A DNA stretch of 64,000 nt, from contig NC_043001.1 in the NCBI RefSeq assembly GCF_006345805.1, positions 106,702,001 to 106,766,000 of the forward strand, read 5' to 3'. The position numbers were made by a program, and so were the translations under genes. Position 1 is the first letter of the stretch. The number at the start of each line of letters is the position of its first letter. The notes beneath the pieces are model-generated. The model searched no databases and was not told where the DNA came from. It worked only from the letters and a program-made list of their open reading frames with translations. Of this stretch, positions 46,111 through 57,504 are shown in pieces. The stretch is from Octopus sinensis (lineage: Eukaryota).

Positions 46111-47264
46111 GTCCAACCCATGCCAGCATGGAAAGCAGACATTAAATGATAATGATGATGATGTAGCAAGTAGCTTTTGTGAACCACTGCATCCAAATAA
46201 GTCTTGTGCTTTTTTTGTTAATTCACCAGTTTAATGTCTGTTTCCACACTGGCTTGAGTTGGACAGTTTGACAGGGAGATGGCCAGCCACAGTGCTGGAC
46301 CAGGCTCCAGCTGTTTGCTTTGTCATGGTTTCTATGGCTGGATGCCCTTCCTCTATGCCATCCACTTTACGGAGTGTTTTGGGTGCTTTTTATGTAGATC
46401 TGGCATGTGACTTCTAAATCCATATTGTGTTATCTATTCCACTTTCCCTTTGCAACATCTAAGGGCAGCGTGATGCAGTCTGAAGATGTATCTATTAATT
46501 CAAATGCCTCCCGTCACTATTAAATATCTTGCAATATATCAGATTAGATTAGTCCTTAAGGCAATTAGTCCTGGCAAAACTGTTGGCACATTGGACAGAA
46601 TGCTCGATAGCATTTTGTTTGTCTTTACGTTCTGAGTTCAAATGCAACCTAGGTCAACTCTTGCCTTTTGTCCTTTCAGGGTCAATGAAATTAGCACCAG
46701 TTATGCACTGGGGTCAATGTAATTGACTTGTCCCCTTCCCCGAAACTACTGGCCTTATGCCAAAATTTGACACCATTATATTAGATTAGCCATTAAGGCA
46801 ATGGAGAACTGTTAGCTTGTTAGAGAAAAGGCTTCACAGCATTTTGTCTGTCTTTATGTTCTAAGTTCAAATACCTCCATGGTTGACTTTGCTTTCCATC
46901 CTTTTGGGGTTGAAATAAGTGTCAGAGCGCTGGGGGTGATGTAATCGACTAACCCCCTCCCTCAAAATTTCAGGCCTCATGCCTATGATTAAAAAGTTTT
47001 AGCCTTGATTCTCATGTAATTATTAAAATTTTTGTTATAAAAACCTAGTAGTAGTAGTAGTAGTAGTACTAGTAGTCTGGTCTTCCCATTGTTAATTATA
47101 AATAACCCCCATAGTAAAAACCTCCAACTTGCTATTACTTGAGGTCTCAGGGTAAGACTAGGAACAGCTTGTGAAAAACAAAGCAACAACAAATTATTAT
47201 TTTTATTATTATTATTAGTAGTAGTAGTAGTAAATTATAGTAGAACATTACTAATATCATATTA

Positions 47265-47487
47265 ACCCTTTTGATACCAACCTGGCTGAAACCGCCTCTG
47301 GCTCTGTACTACAAATGTCTTGTTTTCATAAGATTTGAATTAAATTCTTCCACCAAACCTTAGTCACAATTTATGTTCCTAACACCAGCTTAATGATAAA
47401 TAAGTTATTTTACTAAATTCTTTGTTATATTTAAAATTAATTGAAAGAAACACAGAACATCTCAAAATAAATACAGTAACAAAAGGG
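47265..47487 (+). mobile_element. piggyBac-type MITE family A (TTAA|CCCTT...AAGGG|TTAA)
   Basis: ~220-bp copies also at 8193-8412, 11563-11782, 18435-18647 (-) and 18661-18869 (-, partial). Confidence 0.9.
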
Positions 47488-48497
47488 TTAAAAGCTAAGT
47501 TCATTTTCCTTGAGAAAAATAGTCTGTGGTGGTGGTCAGTACCTGCCATGATCTCTTTTATTTCTTATTCACTTCTCTCACACTTTTTGTTTCTCTTTCT
47601 ATATGTTTTCCTATTTTCATTTCCTTTAATGTGATTGACAATTTTATTTTTTTGCAAAATGTTTTTCAGGAAGGGTCCAGTGTTCAATTCACATCAGATG
47701 TCTACACAGTGCTTCATGTATCATCATGCCAATGTCAGCAAATTGAAGAATATTCCAGTTATATATGCTATATTATCCTGGAATTATTGTTAGCAGTAGT
47801 ATTAAGGTGTCAAGCTGGCAAAATCATTGGAGCATTGGGAAAAAAATGCCTTGTAGCGTTCATTCTGACTTTTCTGGTATCAATTAGCCCCTTCCCTCAA
47901 AATTTCTGGCCTTGCGCCAAAATTTGAAACCGTTATTATTATTATTAACATTATGCTGTGATGATCTGTTTGAAAGTGCGAAATGACCTGAAAGAAATTT
48001 GGAATAAAAGATTGTAAATAAAGCAACTTGTGTCTGTTTATTTAATTTTATTTATTTAATGAAAAAATGAAAAAGCCATAGAAACCCAGTGTGATGGTGT
48101 GGTTGATCTATCTTCAGTTTCTAACTCTTTTTCACTTCACATAATATATTCAGAGGTGCATATGCATGCATGTGCATATACACATGCATTTTTGTATATG
48201 TTTCTATATAGATAAAACTGTGAATGTGTGCCACACTCAAATGACTGAAACAAGTAGCAGAGTAAAAGAGTAATATATATATATATATATATATTTCGTA
48301 TGTATATATATATATATTATATATATATATATATATATATTTCACTATCAACAACTACGTAATTTTAGTTTGGTATTTTAGCATGCCAAAGCGAGGACTT
48401 TTGAAAAATAACCAAGTATAATAGGTAGAACTATATACATGTCCAACCTCATGTGGACGTCTTGTGTATAGTTCTGCAAAGTATATCTGTAATGACG

Positions 48498-48571
48498 ATC
48501 ATACTGAAGATCTACGGACAAATTGCGTAAGTTAAATTATGTAGCTGTTGATAGTGAAACATGTTTATGGT
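48498..48571 (+). ncRNA. type I hammerhead ribozyme-like motif with intact core
   Basis: ATCATA-CTGAAGA-[long imperfect stem II]-GAAAC-at-GTT-TATGGT. Confidence 0.6.
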
Positions 48572-48816
48572 TAATCTATATTTTTGTTACTTTTCATTTG
48601 TCTTGCTTGCTTACGTTCTGGTGTTTGCTATATTTTCTTGAGAAAATTTCTTAGTGGTAAGACCATAGCGGATCTACTTCTAGCATAAGGGTTGTCCACA
48701 TCCCTCATATGTATGTAATACAATTTTCTGAACTTTCAGATTTTAAAATGCTAGACCACTTGTTTTAAATTGGTGTTAATCAAATTAATATCCAATTTTC
48801 ACCCTCATTTTAAATT

Positions 48817-48868
<52 letters not shown>

Positions 48869-49219
48869 ATTCATGTATGTATATACATATTTATACATGT
48901 GTAATATATATATATATATATATATGGATATATGTGTGTGTGTGTGTATCTTCGCCATGATTGATCGGTAGCCACTAAACCTTTTTTGTTTTCTCTCCCT
49001 GCTTATTTCTGTGTTCCTTTTTGTTGAAGAGCATAGATTCGAAATGTAAAAGACTTTCTCACTTCCCGAGCCTTAAATTTCATACATCTGTTTCTTGTTT
49101 ACACACCTGTATTTGTCTTTTGTTTTGTTTTTTTTGGGTTTTTTTTTCTTTTGTAAATTTCAGCTATGGATATATATACATGTGCGTATATATATATATA
49201 GTGATGGTTTGTTGCCAAT

Positions 49220-49540
49220 TTAATGTGGCAATCCCAGGAAAGGGAAGAATGCTATTGCTATTTAGCCCCAGGAAACACCGTTCCAGTTGGCTATGTGATA
49301 CAAGCGTTCTGTGTCCTTAAGTTTTCAAACAGGGGAGATAAGCACCTCCACCCAGCAAAGCCAGCATCCAGAGACTTGTTTTTGAGTCATTGCTCTTCAT
49401 CATCTGGAGTAGCTTATCTCCTTCGCCTGTTTGAAAACTTGAGGACACAGAACGCTTGTGTCACATAGCCAACTGGAAACGGTGTTTCCTGGGGCTAAAT
49501 ATCAGTAGCATTTTCCCCTTTCCTGGGACTGCTACATTAA
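49220..49540. repeat. ~320-bp fold-back
   Basis: ~130-bp arms ttaatgtggcaatcccaggaaaggg... / ...ccctttcctgggactgctacattaa. Confidence 0.92.
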
Positions 49541-49847
49541 GTCTACTCAGCTGGCAAAAATGAGTAGTACCTGTATTTCAAAGGGCCAGTCTTCTCACGC
49601 TGAATCTCCTTGAGAAATATGTGAAGGAGTACTGTATCTGTGGAGTGCTCAGCCACTTGCACGTTAATCTCACGAGCAAGCTGTTCCGTTGATTGGACCA
49701 GCTGGAACTCTCGTCGTCGTAAGTGATGGAGTGTCAGTATACACACACACACAAATATATAATAACAATAATAGGGAGTATAACTCCAAACTTATAAGGA
49801 AAAATTCAATTTAGTATTAAATCAAATTTCACAATATAAATATATAA

Positions 49848-50582
49848 AATATAAATTAGAGATAAAACCACTATTATGCAACTCAAACAGTGATAGACAT
49901 AAACCAAAACATAAATAACAAATAAAATATATAATTTTATAAAACATAACTAGATCTCAAAAAGTATAAAAATGAATGATCAATATATAAGTAAAAAACT
50001 ATGTACGTTTCATGGTTACAATTAAATTTAAATTCAATTTAAAATTATAGTCAATCTTCAAGTTAACGATAATAGTTAAATAAATAATCAAATAGAGTTA
50101 AACAATATTTATTTAAAAAATAAATAAGATAATAATTTTTCTCATAGAAAAAACTCCATTAACTAAATTTGAAACTTAAAACATTAGGATTATTTCCTAC
50201 AACACATTTATTATGTTAAATATTTAATATTTTTTTTTACCTTAAATTCAACATAATAAATGTGTTGTAGGAAATAATATAGTTAATGGAGTTTTTTCTA
50301 TAAGAAAATTATTTTATTTATTTTCAAAATAAATATTGTTTAACTCTATTTGCTTATTTATTTAACTATTATCATTAACCTGAAGATTGACTATAATTTT
50401 AAATTGAATTAAAATTTAAACGTACGTAGTTTTTTTTTACTTACATATTGCTCATTCATTTTTATACTTTTTGAGATCTAGTTATATGTTTTATAAAATT
50501 ATATATTTTATTTGTTATTTATGTTTTGGTTTATGTCTACCACTGAGTTGCATAATAGTGGTTTTATCTCTAATTTATATTT
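49848..50582. repeat. ~735-bp AT-rich fold-back (inverted repeat)
   Basis: Arms aaatataaattagagataaaaccactattatgcaactca... / ...tgagttgcataatagtggttttatctctaatttatattt; short central spacer near 50225-50240. Confidence 0.92.
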
Positions 50583-50618
50583 GATACACATATATATATA
50601 CATACATATATGTATGTA

Positions 50619-53600
50619 TGTGGTAGGAGAAAAATGTGTTCGCACGGATGACGGCTCACTTGCGCTAAATGAGGATGCAAAGAGAGAGGTTTGGAGAAGC
50701 CACTATGAAAGGTTGCTGAATGAGGAAAATGAATGGGATAAAGAGAGTCTGCCGAATGTTGACCCAACAGAGGGACCAGCAATCCGAGTTGACAGTTCCT
50801 TAGTAGATAAGGCAATTAAAAGCATGAAAACAGGGAAAGCCCCAGGCCCATCAGGAATTACTGCAGAGATGCTCAAAATATCTGGTAGTGTCGGCTATAG
50901 CCTAGTCACCCGTATAGTTAACCAGGTGATACACGAAGGAGTCATTCCCAATGACTGGTGTAACAGCATAATTGTCAGCTGCTACAAAGGTAAAGGTGAC
51001 GCCCTAGATACAAATAGCTACAGGGGTATCAAGCTGCTGGATCAGGTAATGAAGGTTACGGAGAGGGTTATAGCCCAACTAATTAGAGAGAGAGTTAGCC
51101 TAGATCAGATGCAGTTTGGGTTCGTGCCAGGGAAAAGTACTACTGATGCTATTTTCATGGTAAGACAGCTGCAAGAGAAATACCTAGCCAAAGACAAGCC
51201 CCTATACCTGGCTTTTGTTGATATGGAGAAAGCCTTCGACAGGGTCCCCCGATCCCTCATCTGGTGGTCAATGAGGAAACTAGGGATAGATGAATGGTTA
51301 GTGAAAGCTGTACAAGCCATGTACAGAGACGCTGCTAGTAAGGTGAGGGTTGGCACCGAGTACAGTGAAAATTCAGGGTAGAGGTTGGGGTCCACCAAGG
51401 TTCAGTCCTCAGTCCCCTCCTATTTATCATAGTCCTCCAGGCAATAACGGAGGAATTCAAGACAGGATGCCCCTGGGAGCTCCTCTATGCTGATGACCTT
51501 GCTCTAATTGCTGAGTCTCTATCAGAACTAGAGGAGAAGTTTCAGGTATGGAAACAAGGTTTAGAATCGAAGGGCCTTAGAATCAACCTAGCCAAAACCA
51601 AAGTCCTAATAAGTAGGAAGGTAGACCAATCACAAACGCCTTCAGGTAGATGGCCCTGCTCGATCTGTAGAAAAGGTGTAGGTAGAAACTCTATAAGATG
51701 CACCAAATGTAAGCTATGGACACATAAGAGGTGCAGCAATATCAAAGGAAGGCTAACTAGGAAGATGGTTTTTGTATGTGGCAGATGCTCAGGAACAATT
51801 AACACTGAAAATGCTCTGAGACCAACTTCTGTCACTTTCCAGGGAGAAAAGCTAGAAGTAGTTGATAGTTTCCGTTACCTAGGTGACCAAGTCAGTAGCG
51901 GGGGCGGGTGCGCTGAAAGTATAACTGCTAGAGTAAGAATAGCCTGGGCAAAGTTTAGAGAGCTCTTACCCCTGCTGGTGACAAAAGCCTCTCGCTCAAA
52001 GTAAAAGGCAGACTGTATGATGCATGTGTACGTACAGCCATGCTACATGGTAGTGAAACTTGGGCTGTGACTGCTGAGGATTTGCGTAAGCTCGCAAGAA
52101 ATGAAGCTAGTATGCTCCGATGGATGTGTAACGTCAGTGTTCATAATCGACAGAGTGTAAGTACCTTGAGAGAAAAGTTGAACCTAAGAAGCATCAGTTG
52201 TTGTGTGCAAGAGAGACGTATGCGCTGGTATGGTCATGTGATGAGAATGGCTGAAGATAGTTGTGTGCGAAAGTGCCACACCCTGGCAGTTGAGGGGACC
52301 TGTGGAAGAGGTAGACCCAGGAAAACCTGGGTCGAGGCGGTGAAGCACGACCTTCGAACTTTAGGTCTCACCAAGGAAATGACCAGTGACCGAGACCTTT
52401 GGAGGTATGCTGTGCGTGAGAAAACCCGGCAAGACCAGTGAGAACAGTCAAAATCAAGATCAAACCAAATTGAGGTCGATCAACATCAGGGCCCCCGTGC
52501 AGGTGACACGTAAAAGTACCATCCGTTCGTAGCCGTTTGCCAGCCCTGTCTGGCCCCCGTGTCGGTGGCACGTAAAAGCACCATCCGTTCGTGTCCGTTT
52601 GCCAGCCCTGTCTGGCCCCCATGTCGGTGACATGTAAAAGCACCATCCGTTCGTGTTCGTTGCCAGCCTGACCTGGCCCCCGTGCCGGTGACACGTAAAA
52701 GCACCATCCGTTTGTGGCCGTTTGCCAGCTCTGTCTGGCCCCCGTGCCGGTGACACGTAAAAGCACCATCCGTTCGTGGCCGTTTGCCAGCTCTGTCTGG
52801 CCCCCGTGCCGGTGACACGTAAAAGCACCATCCGTTCGTGGCCGTTTGCCAGCCCTGTCTGGCCCCCATGTCGGTGACATGTAAAAGCACCATCCGTTCG
52901 TGTCCGTTGCCAGCCTCGCCTGGCCCCCGTGCCGGTGACACGTAAAAGCACCATCCGTTCGTGTCCGTTTGCCAGCCCTGTCTGGCCCCCGTGTCGGTGG
53001 CACGTAAAAGCACCATCCGTTCGTGTCCGTTTGCCAGTCCTGTCTGGCCCCCATGTCGGTGACATGTAAAAGCACCATCCGTTCGTGTTCGTTGCCAGCC
53101 TGACCTGCCCCCGTGCCGGTGACACGTAAAAGCACCATCCGTTTGTGGCCGTTTGCCAGCTCTGTCTGCCCCCGTGCCGGTGACACGTAAAAGCACCATC
53201 CGTTGTGGCCGTTTGCCAGCTCTGTCTGGCCCCCGTGCCGGTGACACGTAAAAGCACCATCCGTTCGTGGCCGTTTGCCAGCCCTGTCTGGCCCCCATGT
53301 CGGTGACATGTAAAAGCACCATCCGTTCGTGTCCGTTGCCAGCCTCGCCTGGCCCCCGTGCCGGTGACACGTAAAAGCACCATCCGTTCGTGTCCGTTTG
53401 CCAGCCCTGTCTGGCCCCCGTGTCGGTGGCACGTAAAAGCACCATCCGTTCGTGTCCGTTGCCAGCCTCGCCTGGCCCCGTGCCGGTGACACGTAAAAGC
53501 ACCATCCGTTCACGGAGTGGTTGGCGTTAGGAAGGGCATCCAGCCGTAGAAACACTGCCAGATCTGACTGGGCCTGATGAAGCCTTCCAGCTTCACAGAC

Positions 53601-53647
53601 CCCAGTTGAACCGTCCAACCCATGCTAGCATGGAGAACGGACGCTAA

Positions 53648-53678
<31 letters not shown>
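50619..53678 (+). mobile_element. 5'-truncated RTE-clade LINE (RT, PHD-type finger, 3'UTR tandem array, (GAT)n tail)
   Basis: RT motifs KAPGPSGI, YRGIKLL, QFGF, AFVDMEKAFDRV, QGSVLSPLLF, YADD (51486-51497), FRYLG, HGSETW and RGRPRKTW; stop at 52441. Two 1-bp frameshifts (~51370, ~51986). The 3' end GTTGGCGTTAGGAAGGGCATCC is of Rex3/Expander type, followed by (GAT)n. Confidence 0.95.
52491..53510 (+). repeat. 61-62 bp tandem array (~17 monomers) in LINE 3'UTR
   Basis: Monomer gcccccgtgccggtgacacgtaaaagcaccatccgttcgtggccgtttgccagccctgtctg, read unit by unit. Confidence 0.97.
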
Positions 53679-53679
<1 letters not shown>

Positions 53680-54135
53680 ATAAACGTATATGTATGTATG
53701 TATATACATATGTGTATGCATGTATGTATGTAAGGCTTTTGAAGGGTCAGACAGGTGAGATTCATGTAATCGGTACAAAACCTGGAGATCTGATCTGCAA
53801 TATAAAAACATGAACATTGAGGAAATGGTTTGAACTCTGCTAAGAGCACCGAGAAGAGTTTTAATATGAAGCCGCGTTGTATCTTGACATAAATATGTGG
53901 TTAGGTGACTTGATTTGGGAGAGCCTGGAGGAAAATCTTTGTGGTATTCGTCGACGTCTTGATATCGTGATTTCAAATCTCACGGAGGTAACTTTGTCTT
54001 ATTACCTTTCTGCAGTCGTTCAAATGAGAATCGAAATCGATGTCGAATCTTATCCAAAAAGCTGTGTACCAGTAATAACGAAAGTCTGGAGAATGAAGTG
54101 AGTAAAATAAAAACAATAAAAAAATATAAACAATA

Positions 54136-54535
54136 GGCGCAGGAATGGCTGTGTGGTAAGTAGCTTGCTTACCAACCACATAGTTCCGGGTTCAGTTCCA
54201 CTGCGTGGCACCTTGGGAAAATGTCTTCTATTATAGCTTGTGAGTGGATTTGGTATATCTATTTGATATATATGTATGCATTTATGTATGTATGTATGTA
54301 TATGAATATGTATATGTATGCATACATGCATGTATGTGTGTGTGTTTGTCTCACCCGACATCGCTTGACAACCGATGCTGGTGTGTTTACGTCCCCCATA
54401 CCTTAGCGGTTCGGCAAATGGATCCGATAGATTAAGTACTAGGCTTACAAAAAATAGGTCCTGGGGTCGATTTGCGCGACTAAAGGTGGTGCTCCAGCAT
54501 GGCCGCAGTCGACTGAAACAAGTAAAAGAATAAAA
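54136..54535 (+). mobile_element. tRNA-derived SINE family 'ggcgcaggagtggctgtgtggtaag...gcatggccgcagtc'
   Basis: Most abundant SINE in the window (copies at e.g. 268-780, 6100-6470, 38060-38420, 41268-41600, 54803-55035, 56085-56358, 57971-58120, 59223-59370). Confidence 0.85.
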
Positions 54536-54545
54536 GAATAATATA

Positions 54546-54769
54546 CGAGGCGGGTGCTGGAAAAGTCCTGCCTTTAAGAGTGTCACGAAATGCCTGGTTA
54601 GAGGTTCAAACCTTCCGTGTTCTTTTACAGGGCTTAGAAAAACTGAAGGACCACTGCAATAAGTGTGTGAATCTGAGGGGGGGGGTGGCTATGTTGGATA
54701 AAATCATAATTAAGTGATCATCCTGTGTTTTCTTTTGCACAAAACCAGGACCTTTTCATCATCCCGTCG
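54546..54769. mobile_element. mariner-type MITE
   Basis: TA|cgaggcgggtgctggaaaagtcctg ... caggaccttttcatcatcccgtcg|TA. Confidence 0.75.
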
Positions 54770-55069
54770 TATATGTTCAGTATGTTTATTTATATTATAC
54801 ATAGGCGCAGCCATGGCTGTGTGGTAAGAAGCTTGCTTCCCAATCAAATGGTTCCCCACCACCATCGCCTGACAACCGATGTTGGTGTGTTCCGTCCCCA
54901 TTACTTTGCGGTTCGGCAAAAGTGACCGATAGCATAAGTACTAGGCTTACAATGAATAAGTCCTGGGGTCGATTTGTTCGACTAAAGGTGGTGCTCTAGC
55001 ATGGCCGCAGTCAAATAACTGAAACAAATAAAAGAATATGTATATATACATACAAACACACACAGACAC

Positions 55070-55472
55070 AAACATACATACATACATACATACACACACA
55101 TACATACATACATACATACATACATGCACGCATGCATATATACATACATACATACCTGCATGCATACATACATACATACATGCATGCATGCATACATACA
55201 TACACACACACATATACATACATGCATGCATGCATGCATACATACATACATGTATGCATACATACATACATGCATACATAGATACATACATACATACATA
55301 CATACATAGTACATACATACATACATACATACATACATACATGCATGCATGCATGCATACATACATGCATACATACATGCATACATACATACATACATAC
55401 ATAGTACATACATACATACATACATACATACATACTACATACATACATACATACATACATACATACATACAT
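55070..55472. repeat. (ACAT)n/(GCAT)n microsatellite
   Basis: Read directly; similar tracts at 60745-60930 and 61200-61260. Confidence 0.95.
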
Positions 55473-56417
55473 AGGTAGGTACGTTTGTGTGTGTGTAAAC
55501 TGTTCCCATGTAATTTAATCTTTCAGTAAGTATCCTTTAAGATTTTATTTATTTAAATGCAAGAAATAAAGCTCCGTGTATGTCTAAGTCCCCTTTTGTG
55601 CTTGGTACATTTAACGAAAGTCGATTCCCGTGCTGAAAGGTGTGAAAACGTTTCTGTATTCACTCGTTTTTTACTTCTTTATCCTTTCAGACACATTCAA
55701 TGTTTTGATTCCTTTCAAATCCTCGTCCTCACACTTTGTCAAGCTCAGCCAACGATGATGAGTTAACTTAGTCCACTCCTTTTACCACAGTTCTTTTCAC
55801 CAGTAAACAACAGTGCCACCTTTTAGACAGTTAAAAGCAGTTGACGTTTTTTCTTCTTCTTTCATTCACTTCTTTCATTCAGGCTTTCTTTCTTTCCTTC
55901 CTTCCCCCGTTTTCTTCACCTTTAATATCAATTGTTCCCGTTGTCGTTTCGTCCCAGTTCAATCTTGATCTCGTAGGCTCAGGATCAAAGGCGTTTCAAA
56001 TATATTCACAACTACGTTGTCTAATGTGACGTTCTTTTCGTTTTGTTTTGTTTTGGTATTTTTGGAAAAGGGTATTCTTTTATTTGTTTCGTTCATTTGA
56101 CTGCGGCCATGCTGGAGCACCGCCTTTAGTCGAGCAAATCGACCCCAGGACTTATTCTTTGTAAGCCTACTACTTATTCTATCGGGACAAACACACACTC
56201 ACATACACATATACGACGGGCTTCTTTCAGTTTCTGACAAGGCTTTGGTCAGCCCGAAGCAATAGTAGAAGATAATTGCCCAAGGTGCCACGCAGTAGGA
56301 CTGAACCCGGAACCACATGGTTGGGAAGCAAGCTACTTACCACGCAGCCACTCCTGCGTCTATTGTAGTGTATGATTTGAAGGGTATTTTATTGGGGAGT
56401 TGAGTCGTCATGTAAAG

Positions 56418-56564
56418 CATTCATGGGCAAACTGCGGCCCACGGGACTTTCTTAACAGCACACCTAACAGAAAATTCCCTTGAAACTTTTTTAGTAGTGC
56501 GGCTTGCCTGAGAGTAAATCATGACACATGTGACCCGCTTCTAAAATACGGTGGCCCATGCCTG
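56418..56564. mobile_element. hAT-Charlie-like MITE, degenerate
   Basis: cattcatgggcaaactgcggccc ... gtggcccatgcctg, with the gcggccc subterminal motifs typical of the family. Confidence 0.55.
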
Positions 56565-57504
56565 AAAATAAAATTTGTTCAATTAAAATAATTTTCTAAC
56601 ATAGGATCGTCACCGCATGTGTTTTGGGCGTTGATTAAATTGAATGGGTCATTGTTAAAGCCCCTTAAGGATCAGGTATTGTCGGGGTGTATAGGTGAAG
56701 AGGGCTGGTCTGTGGGGGTGACTGGTTCAGTTAATAAATGAAAATATGTTTCATGGGTTGTGTGAAGAAGTAACTGAACGACATCCGCGAACATTTAACT
56801 GTTGATTTCATTATCGCACACAAAGACAAACTGCATTGGCCTTTTACAAATAACAACGACAATAATTATATTCTGTTGGGTGGAGGGATACTACCTGGAA
56901 TTTATGGCAACCTTTTGATGCAACATGTGGCTGCCCCAACATAACTGGAAACAATTGTGCTATATTGGTGGTGATTATTGCCATCAATTTACGCCATCTG
57001 TCTTAGCCGCCTTCTTGGGTTGTCTGGCCGAATAAAATTGTGCGCACAGCGGTTTTTATAGGGGACCGGCAGTTAAATTGTAGAATGTTCGAGAAAACCT
57101 GTCCACGCCATCACTACACGCTGATTGGTCGGTCAGCAGACCGATCACATGAAATTATGGTGGTTTGCTCGTGATGTCTGACCACATATCCACGAATTCG
57201 GTTTCGAATCCCCACTACAGTATAATCGTCTCTTGCTGGATTTGAAACTTGGAATGTAAAGGAACGTAACACAATGCCAGAAATGAAAAAGAAACATGAA
57301 CCATGGCTGTGTTAAACACATAGGTCTGCAAGGAGAAAAATTGCATGTAAATAAGTAGATGCTCTTTAGTTCGTTTTAGTTTTCGGGGCTAAGGCCATTC
57401 TGGAGCAATGAATATAATACATGAACAAACAGGCGCTAAAACGAACTCATCCTTTTCTTTTTTATTCTATTCCGTCCGAATCTCCGTGTGTTTATAGATG
57501 CAGT

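Noticed and set aside
50512-50618. N-terminal part of the 289-aa ORF
   Set aside because: Derived from the fold-back arm and microsatellite, not from the LINE; RT homology starts at ~50619.
52491-53510. CRISPR-like appearance of the array
   Set aside because: No unique spacers: whole monomers are homologous. The context is eukaryotic and there are no cas genes.
52368-53618. Three long minus-strand ORFs (416, 339, 307 aa)
   Set aside because: Artefacts of a stop-poor GC-rich tandem repeat antisense to the LINE 3'UTR.
54947-55478. MYVC/HTYI-repeat ORFs (also 60635-61030, 39226-39539)
   Set aside because: Translations of (ACAT)n and (TA)n microsatellites.
55560-56030. Purine-rich minus-strand coding-like segment
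   Set aside because: The frames I checked are interrupted by stops and show no recognisable homology.
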